A stretch of 64,000 bases of DNA from Gammaproteobacteria bacterium. GTDB lineage: Bacteria; Pseudomonadota; Gammaproteobacteria; Eutrophobiales; Eutrophobiaceae. The notes under the pieces are model-generated. The model worked only from the letters and a program-made list of their open reading frames with translations. It had not been told where the DNA came from and ran no database searches. This document shows positions 41,564-51,173 of the stretch, one piece after another; the first letter of the stretch is position 1, and each line of letters starts with the position of its first letter. The stretch spans positions 35,469 to 99,468 of the forward strand of contig JAURNW010000013.1 of assembly GCA_030829985.1 (NCBI GenBank), given 5' to 3'. Made by a program: the position numbers and the translations under genes.

Positions 41564-43897
41564 TTATTCCTCTACCAAGACAACAGTCTTAACGTCTGGC
41601 ATTTGACTCAAGTCCATAGCATGCTTGGAACCGAAACAAGGAACACCCAGTTCTTTCTCTGTTACTAGCCAATCAGCTGGCAGGCTCCAGAATGCTCGGA
41701 ACTTATCCAGAAATGGTTGTGACAACTCAAAAGACGACGCATACATTTGCTGAACCTGTTTCGAAGCCTTCTTATCAAGGATATTCTGGCGTTCGCCTTT
41801 CATCCATTCTTTGACAGGCTTAGCACGTGCTAGACGTTCTTTACGAATCTCTGCTTGACGTGCTCTAGTTTTATCAACATCAACGGTGTAATAACCTTCA
41901 TCATCCTTCGTGAAGATAGCGCCATAAATTTTGAACGCATACTCTTCTAACAGAACAACATCATTCAAATCTTTCTGAATGTTTTCTATCGTACGATCCA
42001 ATGGATCACCAAAACCTGGTCCACCACGAAGGTAGTTCAGGTAAAGATCTCCGTTTTCGAAGATTTCTTCGGTGGTGATACATTGGTTGTCACGTTTAAC
42101 AATGGCACCTGGCTCCAGATGATTTTCATAATCAGGATAATCAGGATTCCAGTCATGGCCCATAGGTAATGATTTACCCTCAGCAATACGCTTATGTAAA
42201 CCAGTATTGTGAGCTTCAAAACGATAACCGGTTGCTGATGGATAACCACCATGTAAACCCCAGTCACTGTTCATGTAACCATTGCCCATGAAAAACATAC
42301 ACCAGTCAGCAGAGTTATGTACCATACGCAGGGTTTCAAAACCCATACCACCACGATACTTACCATAGCCACCGGTGTTAGATTTGATTGCACGACCCAT
42401 ATACAGTAATGGCTCAGCTAATTCCCAAATCTCGCAGTCACCCATGTCACCCTCTGGATTCCAGATAGCTGCTGCATGGTTAAGACCGTCTTTCATAGCA
42501 CAGGCACCGGTACCGCAAGCGGCTGTTTCGAAGCTATTCACTGCGTGAATTTCTTCTTCCTGGTTAAAACCACCACCTTGCATCCAGTTACATGGATTTG
42601 AGTTACCTGCATTCACTTCTTCCAGATAACCACGTGAGAAGTAACCACGGCTTACTGCTCTCCACAAAGAGCTCCAAGAAGAGACCAAGAAATGCCAAGC
42701 ATCAGCGTGTGCAGTTCTTCGATCGTTTGGATTAGTCCATGTGCCTTTAGGCAGACGGAATTCTGAAGCGTAGAGTGAACCATCATTGATACGTTCCGTT
42801 GGTACAACAGTCTGCGTCATCATCACCCATATACCACTGGTAAACGCGGTTGGATTTGCGTTATAGGTATGCCAACCCCAACGACTACAGCCTTCAAAAT
42901 CTAAACGCCATGTCGCTTCTGGTTTAACAGTGATTGTACAAGGCGCGTGCATGATGGTGTCGACCTTTGCAAATGGAGATGGCACATGTACATCTTCATG
43001 CATGTAAGGTACGTCAACAAAAGCGACTGTATTGTACTTACCTGGGATAAGAATATCGTTGATACGTTTTACCAAACCACGTCGGCCATCTTCAATGATT
43101 TCAGAGGTGAACTGTAAGAAGGTTTCAACACCAACGTCAGCAATCACTTCTTCGACAATGTCACGAATCATATGATCACCAGCAATACGGGTTCTTTCAT
43201 CAAGAATCCAGTATTTTGGTGTACGTACATTTCGTTGAACTTCATGTTGCCAATCACGCATAGGCTTGTCATTAATACCAGTCTTACGACAGGTGATTTG
43301 AACACCATCACCAAAACGTTGTACTTGACCGTTAGACATAGAACCTGGTCCAACTGCACCGGTGTCGATAACGTGTGTTACACCACCAACCCATGCCACC
43401 AGTTTACCTTCGTGGAAAATAGGGACGATCGTTGCGATATCACATGGATGTACGTTACCAATTTGGCAATCGTTATTGGTAAACATATCACCAGGATTGA
43501 TTGTTGGATCTTCTTCCCATTCGTTTTCAATCATGTACTTGATGGCCATACCCATAGTACCCACATGGATAATGATACCGGTAGAAGTACAAACACAATC
43601 ACCTGCTGTGTTGTAAAGAGTGAAACAAAGCTCACCCTCTTGCTCAACAATAGGAGATGCAGCAATTTTCTTAGCTGTTTCACGTGCGTTTACAACACCG
43701 GCACGTAATTTTGAAAATATCTTCTCGAAAGTAATTGGGTCAGATTTTTTCAGTTTTAGCTCTTTCAAGCCGTCATAATGTCCAGTTTTCTTAGACGTAC
43801 TGTACATATCACGACGATTCTGAGAAAGGCTCTTGCCATTGTGCAAGATAGACTTTCTTTTAGTAGAACCACCTGATATTGATTCTGGTTTATTCAT
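41564..43897 (-). CDS. acxB: Acetone carboxylase alpha subunit
   Basis: ASPIVEQEGELCF, STGIIIHVGTMG, NVHPCD and THVID metal-ligand region; hydantoinase B family; 777 aa. Confidence 0.95.
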   Translation of the reverse strand: MNKPESISGGSTKRKSILHNGKSLSQNRRDMYSTSKKTGHYDGLKELKLKKSDPITFEKIFSKLRAGVVNARETAKKIAASPIVEQEGELCFTLYNTAGDCVCTSTGIIIHVGTMGMAIKYMIENEWEEDPTINPGDMFTNNDCQIGNVHPCDIATIVPIFHEGKLVAWVGGVTHVIDTGAVGPGSMSNGQVQRFGDGVQITCRKTGINDKPMRDWQHEVQRNVRTPKYWILDERTRIAGDHMIRDIVEEVIADVGVETFLQFTSEIIEDGRRGLVKRINDILIPGKYNTVAFVDVPYMHEDVHVPSPFAKVDTIMHAPCTITVKPEATWRLDFEGCSRWGWHTYNANPTAFTSGIWVMMTQTVVPTERINDGSLYASEFRLPKGTWTNPNDRRTAHADAWHFLVSSWSSLWRAVSRGYFSRGYLEEVNAGNSNPCNWMQGGGFNQEEEIHAVNSFETAACGTGACAMKDGLNHAAAIWNPEGDMGDCEIWELAEPLLYMGRAIKSNTGGYGKYRGGMGFETLRMVHNSADWCMFFMGNGYMNSDWGLHGGYPSATGYRFEAHNTGLHKRIAEGKSLPMGHDWNPDYPDYENHLEPGAIVKRDNQCITTEEIFENGDLYLNYLRGGPGFGDPLDRTIENIQKDLNDVVLLEEYAFKIYGAIFTKDDEGYYTVDVDKTRARQAEIRKERLARAKPVKEWMKGERQNILDKKASKQVQQMYASSFELSQPFLDKFRAFWSLPADWLVTEKELGVPCFGSKHAMDLSQMPDVKTVVLVEE

Positions 43898-43944
43898 ATT
43901 TTATTCCTCTTTCTTAAATTGAACTTAAGTATCAAAACTTGAAC

Positions 43945-46083
43945 CTATACTTCGATCAGATGGAAAAGTCTGTGCTTATCCATAAACGTTTCGAAACCAG
44001 GCGGCACAACAAAGGTTGTAGCATCGGACTCAATAACACATGGTCCAGGCATTTTATTTCCAGGCATAATTGCTTCCATTAGATATAAATCAGCTTCATG
44101 CCATTTTTTCTTAAAGTAGAATTTACGTTTACCCAACTTAGCTTCTGCAGAAGGATTAGGACCTGCATCTGGCTGAGAAGGAATAGCCGGTTTCTTGACT
44201 TCAACTGTACCATGCATAATAGCGGTGGTAACACCGTAACCTAACTCAGGTGATTGAGCTGCTTTTGCATAGACACGACCAAAAGTTTCTTCGAATGCTT
44301 CGGTCAATGCAGGCCAATCTTTAGCACCTTTTATGTTTTTCACTGGGGCAACAATCTCAAGGTCGTTCAATTGACCCATGTATTGCATACTAAAACCAGG
44401 ATCGAGAGTAACTGATTCTTTACCAAAACCATTAATCTTGAACTCTTCCAAAACTTTAACTTCCAGTTCATCCCAAGCTGCTTGTAAGACTGCACAAGCT
44501 TCTGCCTTTGCAGAGTCACCACTATCTGGTGGCATTGCAATATCGACACTCATATCATAGCGATATTCAAATTCTGCAGCAGCACAACCAAAGGCAGAGA
44601 ATCCAGCCGCCCATGCAGGAACGATTGTTTCCTGGAAGCCTAAACCTTGTGTATAACCATAAGCGTGTACTGGACCAGCACCACCGTATGAGAAACAAAC
44701 AAATTCAGAAGGCGTATAACCTTTACTTGAGATCATGTCACCAAGATGCTGCTTCAGAGACTGATCAAGTAATTCAATAACACCTGCAGATGCATCTTCG
44801 ACACTCATACCTAATTTATCAGCAATCTGTTCTTTGATGCATTGACGAGCACGGTCAACATTTAACTCTAATGCGCCGCCTAAGAAGTTATCAGGGTTTA
44901 AATAACCCAGCATAAGGTGACAATCGGTCACAGATACGGTGTCTACACCGCCCTCTTCCCAACATGTGCCCACTCTATAACCAGCACTGTCTGGACCAAG
45001 CTTAATAGCATCTGAATAAGGGTCAATACGCACATAACTACCTGCGCCTGCGCCAACGGTATCCATACCTACTAGCGGCAATGACAATACCAATCGCGCC
45101 ATGTCCTTATCACGACCAATTGCAAAGTTACCCTTTACAATCAATGCCATATCAAAACTTGTGCCACCAATATCTGAACAAGCGATGTTTTCATAACCGA
45201 GTTGCTTACCAAGATAAGCAGAACCGATTACACCACCGATTGGACCAGAAACCAGCGTACGAGCTAATTCTTTTGCTTTCCAGCTAATGGTTCCGCCATG
45301 GCTTGCCATTACGCGGACATCAAACTTACCACCTAGTCCTTTCAGTTTGTCACTTAGGTTCTTCAATGTGACACGTGAAGGCTCAGCAGCATAGGCTTCA
45401 AGGATAGTAGTGTTGGTACGATGGCTCTCTTTACGACTTGGATAGTAGTCACAAGAAGCAAATACAGGGATGTTTTTGCCAGAAGCCTTAACTTCAGCAA
45501 GAACAGCATCTCTAACAGCTTCTTCATGAGAATGATTAGCATGTGAATTTAAGAAACTGATTACAATTGCTTTAATGTCTGTTGCAAGCAATTCTTTTGC
45601 CGCAATTACAGCTTCTTCAACACGCACTGGAATTACTACTGTACCCTGACAATCAATACGTTCGGTAACACCACGTGTATCTTGAATAGCAACTAGTGGC
45701 TCATCATAACGGTGTGAATTCAGGTGAAGACGATCTTCAAATGCGTATCCAAGATAGCATTGAATCGCACGACCCATACGATGGTTATCTTCAAAACCTC
45801 TGCTACAAATCAATGCAGTACGAATGCCTGTGCGTGATACCACTCTGTTCAGCATTGCTGTACCAGAATATACACATGTAGTCATTTGCCCATAGACTTC
45901 TTCAAGACTACGGCCTGAATCTGTAAGTGCATCCTTACTTGATTCAACAACGGCAGAGGCCTCATCAATACTACTTTGCGCCTTGCCTACAATAAATTGG
46001 CCATCGGCCGCAACGAAAAAAGTATCTGTCATTGTGCCGCCGGCATCAATTCCCAGTACTTCGATAGGATTATCTGAACTCAA
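43945..46083 (-). CDS. acxA: Acetone carboxylase beta subunit (ATP-binding)
   Basis: GIDAGGTMTD, SGPIGG, DIGGTSFD and YGGAGP motifs; hydantoinase A family; TTG start after GGAGG. Confidence 0.95.
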   Translation of the reverse strand: MSSDNPIEVLGIDAGGTMTDTFFVAADGQFIVGKAQSSIDEASAVVESSKDALTDSGRSLEEVYGQMTTCVYSGTAMLNRVVSRTGIRTALICSRGFEDNHRMGRAIQCYLGYAFEDRLHLNSHRYDEPLVAIQDTRGVTERIDCQGTVVIPVRVEEAVIAAKELLATDIKAIVISFLNSHANHSHEEAVRDAVLAEVKASGKNIPVFASCDYYPSRKESHRTNTTILEAYAAEPSRVTLKNLSDKLKGLGGKFDVRVMASHGGTISWKAKELARTLVSGPIGGVIGSAYLGKQLGYENIACSDIGGTSFDMALIVKGNFAIGRDKDMARLVLSLPLVGMDTVGAGAGSYVRIDPYSDAIKLGPDSAGYRVGTCWEEGGVDTVSVTDCHLMLGYLNPDNFLGGALELNVDRARQCIKEQIADKLGMSVEDASAGVIELLDQSLKQHLGDMISSKGYTPSEFVCFSYGGAGPVHAYGYTQGLGFQETIVPAWAAGFSAFGCAAAEFEYRYDMSVDIAMPPDSGDSAKAEACAVLQAAWDELEVKVLEEFKINGFGKESVTLDPGFSMQYMGQLNDLEIVAPVKNIKGAKDWPALTEAFEETFGRVYAKAAQSPELGYGVTTAIMHGTVEVKKPAIPSQPDAGPNPSAEAKLGKRKFYFKKKWHEADLYLMEAIMPGNKMPGPCVIESDATTFVVPPGFETFMDKHRLFHLIEV

Positions 46084-46167
46084 AATGTTTTCCTCCTAAG
46101 AATTGGTACATAAGTCATCATGGACTTAATGAAACCAGATTGTTTTTATATTTCCACGTTCTCTAAG

Positions 46168-46183
46168 AGCAATAGTCATGCCG
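46168..46183 (-). promoter_or_regulatory. Sigma-54 promoter of acxABC
   Basis: Minus strand CGGCATGACTATTGCT = GG-N10-GC. Confidence 0.75.
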
Positions 46184-46271
46184 TTTTTAAAAAACGTTGC
46201 TATATGAAGATATGTATTTGATTTATAATGGCTTTATTGTAGGCGTGCATTTATTAGATAGCATCTAAAAG

Positions 46272-46288
46272 CGTATGATTTTCATCCG
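46272..46288. promoter_or_regulatory. Putative enhancer (UAS) palindrome for acxABC
   Basis: CGTATGA-TTT-TCATCCG, 90 bp upstream of the -24 element. Confidence 0.5.
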
Positions 46289-46654
46289 ATCGGTCGAACA
46301 CCGGTCTATTATTAGTCTGAACGTTTAATCAAAAACATTAATGGCCCGTAATTTCTATTTGCTTCTGAAAATCTTTTTATAATTTTAATATTATGCCAAG
46401 ATAGGCTAATTCAGTAGGGTTTTAATAACTGATTTATATTATATATAAGTGATAAATATATGTTACATAAAATACCGAAGAATTTGATTATGATTCACAA
46501 TCAAAATAATTATTTCAGTAAAGCTTTATCTTATTTAAAAATAATCTGAATATACGTGGTATAAAATCAAAAAAGATTTTTACTTTATTGTTAATAAGAC
46601 GCTAAACTAGATTTCAGATACATCATTCATATCAGAATATATATTTAATAAACC

Positions 46655-47353
46655 ATGCTAACTAAAACTTTCAAATCGCGATTAATTCTACAATGGTGCA
46701 TATACACAGGTGTTGTCATCTTCCTTTTATGGTTTAGTTTGGAACTCCATCTTTTAGTCAAAATTTTCATTAGTGATCCAACCAAGATCACCTTCCTCAT
46801 AGCTCTGTTTTTTATTGGTGGGACTATACATTGTGGTATCAGAGCAAATTATTTATCGAATCAACTCAATGCAATCATGGATATTGAAGACAATAGCTTA
46901 TCCTGGGAGAACGATAGTTCTTTGCCCGCTGAATTTTTAAGAACCATCACGAAAAGTCTGGAAGGACAAACTTTTAAAGGTGAACAATCTGCAGATAATG
47001 CATTGCTAGCGGAAGTATTCGCTGATCAGGCTCATGCGCAGCATGAGATAGGCTGGTTTTTTACAAGTTTATTAGTAAAGCTGGGTTTGTTAGGCACCGT
47101 GATTGGATTTGTTCTTATGCTTGGTCCACTTTCCACTTTAAAATCATTCGATATAGCAGATGTACAAGGCATTCTCACGTCAATGACAGCTGGAATGGGA
47201 GTTGCTTTGAATACGACCCTGGTTGGTCTATTGGGTAGTATGTTACTCAGCTTTCAATACTTATTACTGGATCGAGGTGCAGATGAAGTCGTCGCGAGAA
47301 CTGTACATTTTATGGAAACCGAGTTAATACCGGAAAAGTTTAAAAAGGCTTAG
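46655..47353 (+). CDS. MotA/TolQ/ExbB proton channel family protein
   Basis: KLGLLGTVIGF and GMGVALNTTLVGL channel helices. Confidence 0.88.
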   Translation: MLTKTFKSRLILQWCIYTGVVIFLLWFSLELHLLVKIFISDPTKITFLIALFFIGGTIHCGIRANYLSNQLNAIMDIEDNSLSWENDSSLPAEFLRTITKSLEGQTFKGEQSADNALLAEVFADQAHAQHEIGWFFTSLLVKLGLLGTVIGFVLMLGPLSTLKSFDIADVQGILTSMTAGMGVALNTTLVGLLGSMLLSFQYLLLDRGADEVVARTVHFMETELIPEKFKKA

Positions 47354-47356
47354 TAG

Positions 47357-47965
47357 ATGAGTATCCGACGCTCATCAAGGCAATTCGAGCAGGATCCGTT
47401 TACGGACTTGTTATTTAATTCTTTGTTAGCCTTTACGCTACTTTTTCTCATCACAATATTATTTCTTAATCCGCCAGCTAAAAAAGGAATTATTGACCCC
47501 AAGGCAGAATTTATTGTGACTATTAAATGGGATGATAGTAGTCCTGATGATGTGGATACCTGGGTGCAGGGACCAAACGGCGGTGTAGTCTGGTTTCGAA
47601 ATTCTGAAGTTGGATTAATACATCTTGATCGTGACGACCGTGGTATAGCAAAAGACAGCATTATCGTTAATGGAGTTGAAGTCATTAATCCATTAAATCA
47701 GGAAGTAGTGACGATACGCGGCAATGTACCAGGAGAATATATTTTTAATGTGCATTACTACAATAGTAAATCATTAAGAAAAGCAAACGTTGAGGTACGA
47801 GCTGTAAAAGTTAATCCGCAATTACAGATTGTATATTACGGTACGCTTACACTAGAAAATAAAGGTGATGAAAAAACGGCAGTGCGTTTTACTATAGATG
47901 CAGAAGGAAATGTCACTAATGTTAATACATTATTTAAATCCATCGTTGAGGTTAATAAATTATGA
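47357..47965 (+). CDS. Putative stator B-type partner: TM with conserved Asp plus atypical periplasmic beta-rich domain
   Basis: RRSSR..DPFTDLLFNSLLAF N-terminal TM; then W..DDVDTWVQGP, LDRDDRG, EVVTIRG and PGEYIFNVHYY. Confidence 0.7.
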   Translation: MSIRRSSRQFEQDPFTDLLFNSLLAFTLLFLITILFLNPPAKKGIIDPKAEFIVTIKWDDSSPDDVDTWVQGPNGGVVWFRNSEVGLIHLDRDDRGIAKDSIIVNGVEVINPLNQEVVTIRGNVPGEYIFNVHYYNSKSLRKANVEVRAVKVNPQLQIVYYGTLTLENKGDEKTAVRFTIDAEGNVTNVNTLFKSIVEVNKL

Positions 47966-48477
47966 ATCAGGCTGTTTTAGGGCTCACGCTAACGTATGTT
48001 GCATTAGCGGCATTAGTGTTGGGAATATTTTTACTCACCCGTTTACCGGTATGGTTAAAATTCACATTTGTACTAACCGTTAGTGGATTTTATTATCTAA
48101 CCTATTTTAGTCTGCAAGGCATGCTAGGTTGGCCTACACAACAAGAATTGCCAGATACATTCCAACTTATGGCTTCATCAATAACAGAACCAGACGAAGA
48201 CGAAGGTATTGCCGGCCGTATTCATATCTGGGCGACTGAGTTTGAAGATAATAAACCGGCAGCTGAACCACGTGCCTATGAACTACCTTATGATCTTGAT
48301 CTGCACTCCGCCCTAGAAGCCGCATTAAAAGAACAACGCAGAGGAAACATTCAACTTGGGAAGAAAAAAGAAGGTAAAACCACTGATGACTTAGCCAGAG
48401 ACCTTTCTAAGTACGGACAGAAACGTGAGGAGATTGAATTTTTTGATCTGCCTGATCCTGAGGTTCCTGAAAAATAA
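47962..48477 (+). CDS. Hypothetical membrane protein (2 N-terminal TMs)
   Basis: Two hydrophobic segments, then GWP...EP...IHIW...PRAYELPY; translationally coupled to the upstream gene. Confidence 0.75.
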   Translation: MNQAVLGLTLTYVALAALVLGIFLLTRLPVWLKFTFVLTVSGFYYLTYFSLQGMLGWPTQQELPDTFQLMASSITEPDEDEGIAGRIHIWATEFEDNKPAAEPRAYELPYDLDLHSALEAALKEQRRGNIQLGKKKEGKTTDDLARDLSKYGQKREEIEFFDLPDPEVPEK

Positions 48478-48481
48478 CATC

Positions 48482-49240
48482 ATGCTCATAAAAAACATAT
48501 TAACTATGAAAATTTTTAATTGCTTAATACTTTCAATACTTCTAGTTTTTTCACTCGCAGGCTGTTCTGAAAAACCAGTAGGAAGTAAATATTTTCCACT
48601 AAATGAGGGGATGAGTTGGACTTACAGTTTAACAACAGAATATAGCAATGAAGAAGAATCACTCGAGAAACAATTAACTATTACCAATCTTGGTGTAGAA
48701 AAATTTGGTAAACAAACTTATTACGTACGCCGAACCAGTTCAGGGATCGATTACTATCATAATTTTGATGAAACAGGACTGTTTCGTGAAGCCTTGCGTA
48801 CACTAGTCGAAAGCAAACCACGCATGGATAGAGCGAAACGCTATGTTTTAAAACAACCGTTGGAAATTGGTACGGAATGGCGTGAGATCAGTCGTCCATT
48901 ACTTATGTTGCGCGTTTACCCTTATCGTGTGCGTGTTGGTAAAGATGCACAGGTTCCTATGATTTATCGAATTGAATCCTTATCCGAAACTGTCACTGTA
49001 GCAGCTGGCACATTTGAAAATTGTATTAAAGTGGTCGCAAATGGGACCTTCAATACCTATACCGATGCGGTCAGTGGCGACACAGAAATTCCTATGAAGG
49101 TGGAAGAATGGTATGCCCCAGGAGTTGGATTAGTGAAACAGATACGCTATGAACTTGATGGCGACATTATTGATATATTTAATACGCCGGTTTTCCTGGG
49201 TGGGCGCTCTACTCTTGCATTACAATCGTTCGATAATTAA
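48482..49240 (+). CDS. Hypothetical lipoprotein
   Basis: Lipobox LAGC; YFPL..G.SWTY, VTVAAGTFENCIKV and EWYAPGVGLVK. Confidence 0.78.
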   Translation: MLIKNILTMKIFNCLILSILLVFSLAGCSEKPVGSKYFPLNEGMSWTYSLTTEYSNEEESLEKQLTITNLGVEKFGKQTYYVRRTSSGIDYYHNFDETGLFREALRTLVESKPRMDRAKRYVLKQPLEIGTEWREISRPLLMLRVYPYRVRVGKDAQVPMIYRIESLSETVTVAAGTFENCIKVVANGTFNTYTDAVSGDTEIPMKVEEWYAPGVGLVKQIRYELDGDIIDIFNTPVFLGGRSTLALQSFDN

Positions 49241-49283
49241 ACAGCTATTAACACGATTTAATTAGTGCATTCCAAACTATTTT

Positions 49284-49586
49284 TTATCCACCGCCTTTCT
49301 GAAAGGTGGTATTAAATTTCTCTAGATACGTATCTATTTGTTCTTTGGTCAAACCTTGAAATTTAAAATTCATTGGTGTGTGATGGATTGAAAGTGATGC
49401 GATTTTTCTGGTTAGCTGATTATCCAGGTTAATATCCACATACCCATTCAAGAAAGGAAAACTAACACTTGAATTTTCCGGATCAATTTTTAATAAATGA
49501 CCGTCGATTATTGTTTTAATAATCAGTCGATAAAACTCGTCATGCGTCACTGCCATATCGCGTTTTAACTCAATTGATTCAGTCAC
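49284..49586 (-). CDS. Small AOR-operon protein ending FQKGGG (AorE-like)
   Basis: Last gene of the aor operon; C-terminal triglycine. Confidence 0.65.
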   Translation of the reverse strand: MTESIELKRDMAVTHDEFYRLIIKTIIDGHLLKIDPENSSVSFPFLNGYVDINLDNQLTRKIASLSIHHTPMNFKFQGLTKEQIDTYLEKFNTTFQKGGG

Positions 49587-49617
49587 TGTGTATCCTGGTT
49601 TTGGATTGAAAGTAAAT

Positions 49618-49869
49618 TTAACCGCCGGCCACTGGTGGCCATATAGCTAGTGTATCGCCGTCACTAAAGTTCAAGCTTTTTCTTTCTTCAGGATGCAGAT
49701 AAACCCCGTTTAACAGTACCAGATGAACTTCTTTGTCTGGTACATTGAATCTATCAAGGATTGAAATAGTTGTATCTGATGTTGAAATTTCAAACTTAGC
49801 CGAGTGCTTTACTGAATTTTCCGGCAAATACTGACTTAAACTCGCGTAGAGTTTTAATGTGATTTCCAT
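49618..49869 (-). CDS. MoaD/ThiS family sulfur carrier (AorD-like)
   Basis: KLYASL...HLVLLNG...DGDTLAIWPPVAGG. Confidence 0.9.
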   Translation of the reverse strand: MEITLKLYASLSQYLPENSVKHSAKFEISTSDTTISILDRFNVPDKEVHLVLLNGVYLHPEERKSLNFSDGDTLAIWPPVAGG

Positions 49870-49876
49870 TAAATAT

Positions 49877-51142
49877 CTAGATTACTCCAGCATTGTGACC
49901 AATAGCCTGAGTGTTGGCTAGATAAGCTTCCATAATTCGAGTCGGATCTTTTAATAAATGATTTTTCCACTTACCTAGTTTCAGTTTGGTTTGTATTAAT
50001 CCACGTAACACACCCACATGTTGCGTCAAGCCAAGCGCCTGAGCCCCAACCAGAATGTCATCTTCAAACTGTAAACTTATATAACGATAGCGATCATTAT
50101 CACATAGATGGACTGATTCTCCCCCATCAACGCCCATCCAAAGTCCATAAGAACTCGAAATTAATCCCATAGTATCTAGAACATTCATATTCACACATCC
50201 CTGATGTGCAGTATCTTTACCCGACATATTCATCGCAGCTATGCGACCATGATCTGCCGCTGTTGGTTGAATAGCCTGAACTGTGTATTCGCCTGTTGAA
50301 AAATCCTTACCCTGACAAACATCACCAGCAGCATAAATGTCAGGGATATTAGATTGAAGCCTGTCATTCACCAAGACACCGAAATCAGTTTCTAAACCAC
50401 TTCCTTCCAGGAATTGAATGTTTGCTGCTACGCCTGTTGCTGATATGACAAGATCTGCATCCAGTACTTCGCCATTATCAAGTTTAACTTTTAGTGAGTC
50501 GCCACTGCCTTTTTCGATAGCATCTACACGTGTAGAGGTATGCACCGCTACGCCCTTTTTCTTACACCAATCTTTTATCAGGTTGCCCGCCGTTTGATCC
50601 ATCATCCTTGGAACCATCCTGTCACCCATTTCGATAACGGTTAGGTTAACTTTACGGAGTGCGAGTGCTTCCAGAATAATACAACCAATAAACCCTGCCC
50701 CCATCAAGATAACATTGGCACCGGGTTGTGCTCTATTTACGATATTTCTACCGTCTTCTAGTGTCCAACACGAATGTATACCAGGCAGACCTATCCCCTC
50801 AATGGGAGGACTAACAGGGTGAGAACCTGTGGCAATTAACAATTTATCGTAATCAACTTTGTCATTATTTTTAAGACTTAAACATTTCGACTTTGTGTCT
50901 ATCTTGCTCACCCTGTCTCTGATCACATCAATTTCTTTATTTCCATAATGCGCAGCATCTTTTCTGAGATAGGTACCAGACTCATCAATTTTATTAATCA
51001 AATAATAGGGCAAAGCCATTCGTGAATATGGTGGTTCGGGTTCATCCCCAATCATAATTATGCTTGATGTAGGATCTACTTTACGTAAGGTTTCCGCTGC
51101 AATAACACCTGAAGGGCCAGCGCCAATAATGACATGCTTCAT
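49877..51142 (-). CDS. FAD/NAD(H) oxidoreductase subunit (AorC-like)
   Basis: GAGPSG, PYSRMALPY, IATGS, GAGFIG and IYAAGD motifs. Confidence 0.88.
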   Translation of the reverse strand: MKHVIIGAGPSGVIAAETLRKVDPTSSIIMIGDEPEPPYSRMALPYYLINKIDESGTYLRKDAAHYGNKEIDVIRDRVSKIDTKSKCLSLKNNDKVDYDKLLIATGSHPVSPPIEGIGLPGIHSCWTLEDGRNIVNRAQPGANVILMGAGFIGCIILEALALRKVNLTVIEMGDRMVPRMMDQTAGNLIKDWCKKKGVAVHTSTRVDAIEKGSGDSLKVKLDNGEVLDADLVISATGVAANIQFLEGSGLETDFGVLVNDRLQSNIPDIYAAGDVCQGKDFSTGEYTVQAIQPTAADHGRIAAMNMSGKDTAHQGCVNMNVLDTMGLISSSYGLWMGVDGGESVHLCDNDRYRYISLQFEDDILVGAQALGLTQHVGVLRGLIQTKLKLGKWKNHLLKDPTRIMEAYLANTQAIGHNAGVI

Positions 51143-51173
51143 CTAGCTATTTTCCTTATTGTTTATTTGCTAC

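Noticed and set aside
41564-46083. Hydantoinase or 5-oxoprolinase
   Set aside because: A gamma subunit is present and Acx-specific motifs and subunit sizes indicate acetone carboxylase.
46655-47965. Zorya (ZorAB) anti-phage system or flagellar stator
   Set aside because: There is no long ZorA tail, no OmpA-like domain in the partner, and no zorC/D/E or flagellar genes nearby.
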